Positions 63,992 to 64,000 of a DNA stretch of 64,000 nucleotides are shown in pieces. The position numbers and the translations under genes were made by a program. Source of the stretch: Candidatus Nomurabacteria bacterium GW2011_GWD2_36_14. Its GTDB lineage: Bacteria; Patescibacteriota; Minisyncoccia; Phycocordibacterales; UBA9973. The stretch's first letter is position 1, and every line of letters starts with the position of its first letter. The notes beneath the pieces were generated by a model. The model worked only from the letters and a program-made list of their open reading frames with translations. It did not search any database and had not been told where the DNA came from. Where the stretch lies: positions 379,200-443,199 of the forward strand of contig LBRL01000001.1 of assembly GCA_000991405.1 (NCBI GenBank). Reading direction: 5' to 3'.

Positions 63992-64000
63992 GACGAATAC

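Noticed and set aside
1-64000. CRISPR array search
   Set aside because: No regularly spaced direct repeats of 25-40 nt were seen anywhere. The Cas2-like resemblance of the 6864..7346 product is better explained as a PaaX-family fold, and there is no adjacent array or cas1.

Overview
This is a low-GC window (about 35% GC) of small genes, most on the minus strand. It reads like a CPR/Patescibacteria-type genome. RF2 with an SPF motif is present and stops look standard, so the genetic code appears to be 11.

Housekeeping backbone:
- argS, pyrG, ftsEX, prfB.
- A DAP/lysine cluster: lysC-like, asd, dapB, dapA, and a DapL-like aminotransferase.
- An oxidative pentose-phosphate operon: zwf, gnd, pgl.
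- gatCA and ligA.
- A type IV pilin block with a prepilin peptidase.
- Three ECF sigma/anti-sigma modules, one of them beside a MacAB-like efflux system.
- Many NUDIX and other 'house-cleaning' hydrolases.
- Seven tRNAs: Gln, 2x Thr, an initiator-like Met, Met(CAT), Asp.

Most interesting finding. A compact pyrimidine-dNTP cluster at 5.3-12.3 kb holds a dUTPase, rhodanese, tmk-like kinase, PaaX-like regulator, 2 NUDIX, 2 MazG/DCTPP1-like pyrophosphatases, glyA, a dCMP-deaminase-like gene, a ThyA-family gene and folA. The ThyA homologue carries Asp where canonical dUMP-specific thymidylate synthases have Asn (E. coli N177), and Pro in place of the PCH histidine. In T4 dCMP hydroxymethylase and engineered TS N177D/N229D, that Asp switches specificity to dCMP. 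With the neighbouring genes, this looks like a T-even-phage-like pathway for making 5-modified dCMP, or dTMP via 5-methyl-dCMP. I could not find this described for a cellular cluster.

Other notable items:
- A tRNA-flanked islet with a DpnI-like methyl-directed restriction endonuclease and a DinD/Bro-N protein.
- Two tandem paralogous 560-580 aa cysteine-rich multi-zinc-ribbon proteins with a shared upstream motif.
- A PaaX-like regulator bracketed by two long perfect palindromes.
- An alkyltransferase-like (ATL) protein with Phe in place of the catalytic Cys.
- A REP-like hairpin family.
- A cloverleaf-like structured element next to tRNA-Gln.
- A cytoplasmic trypsin-like protease with a helical partner.
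- Tandem pilin paralogues with long leaders and duplicated 5' ends.
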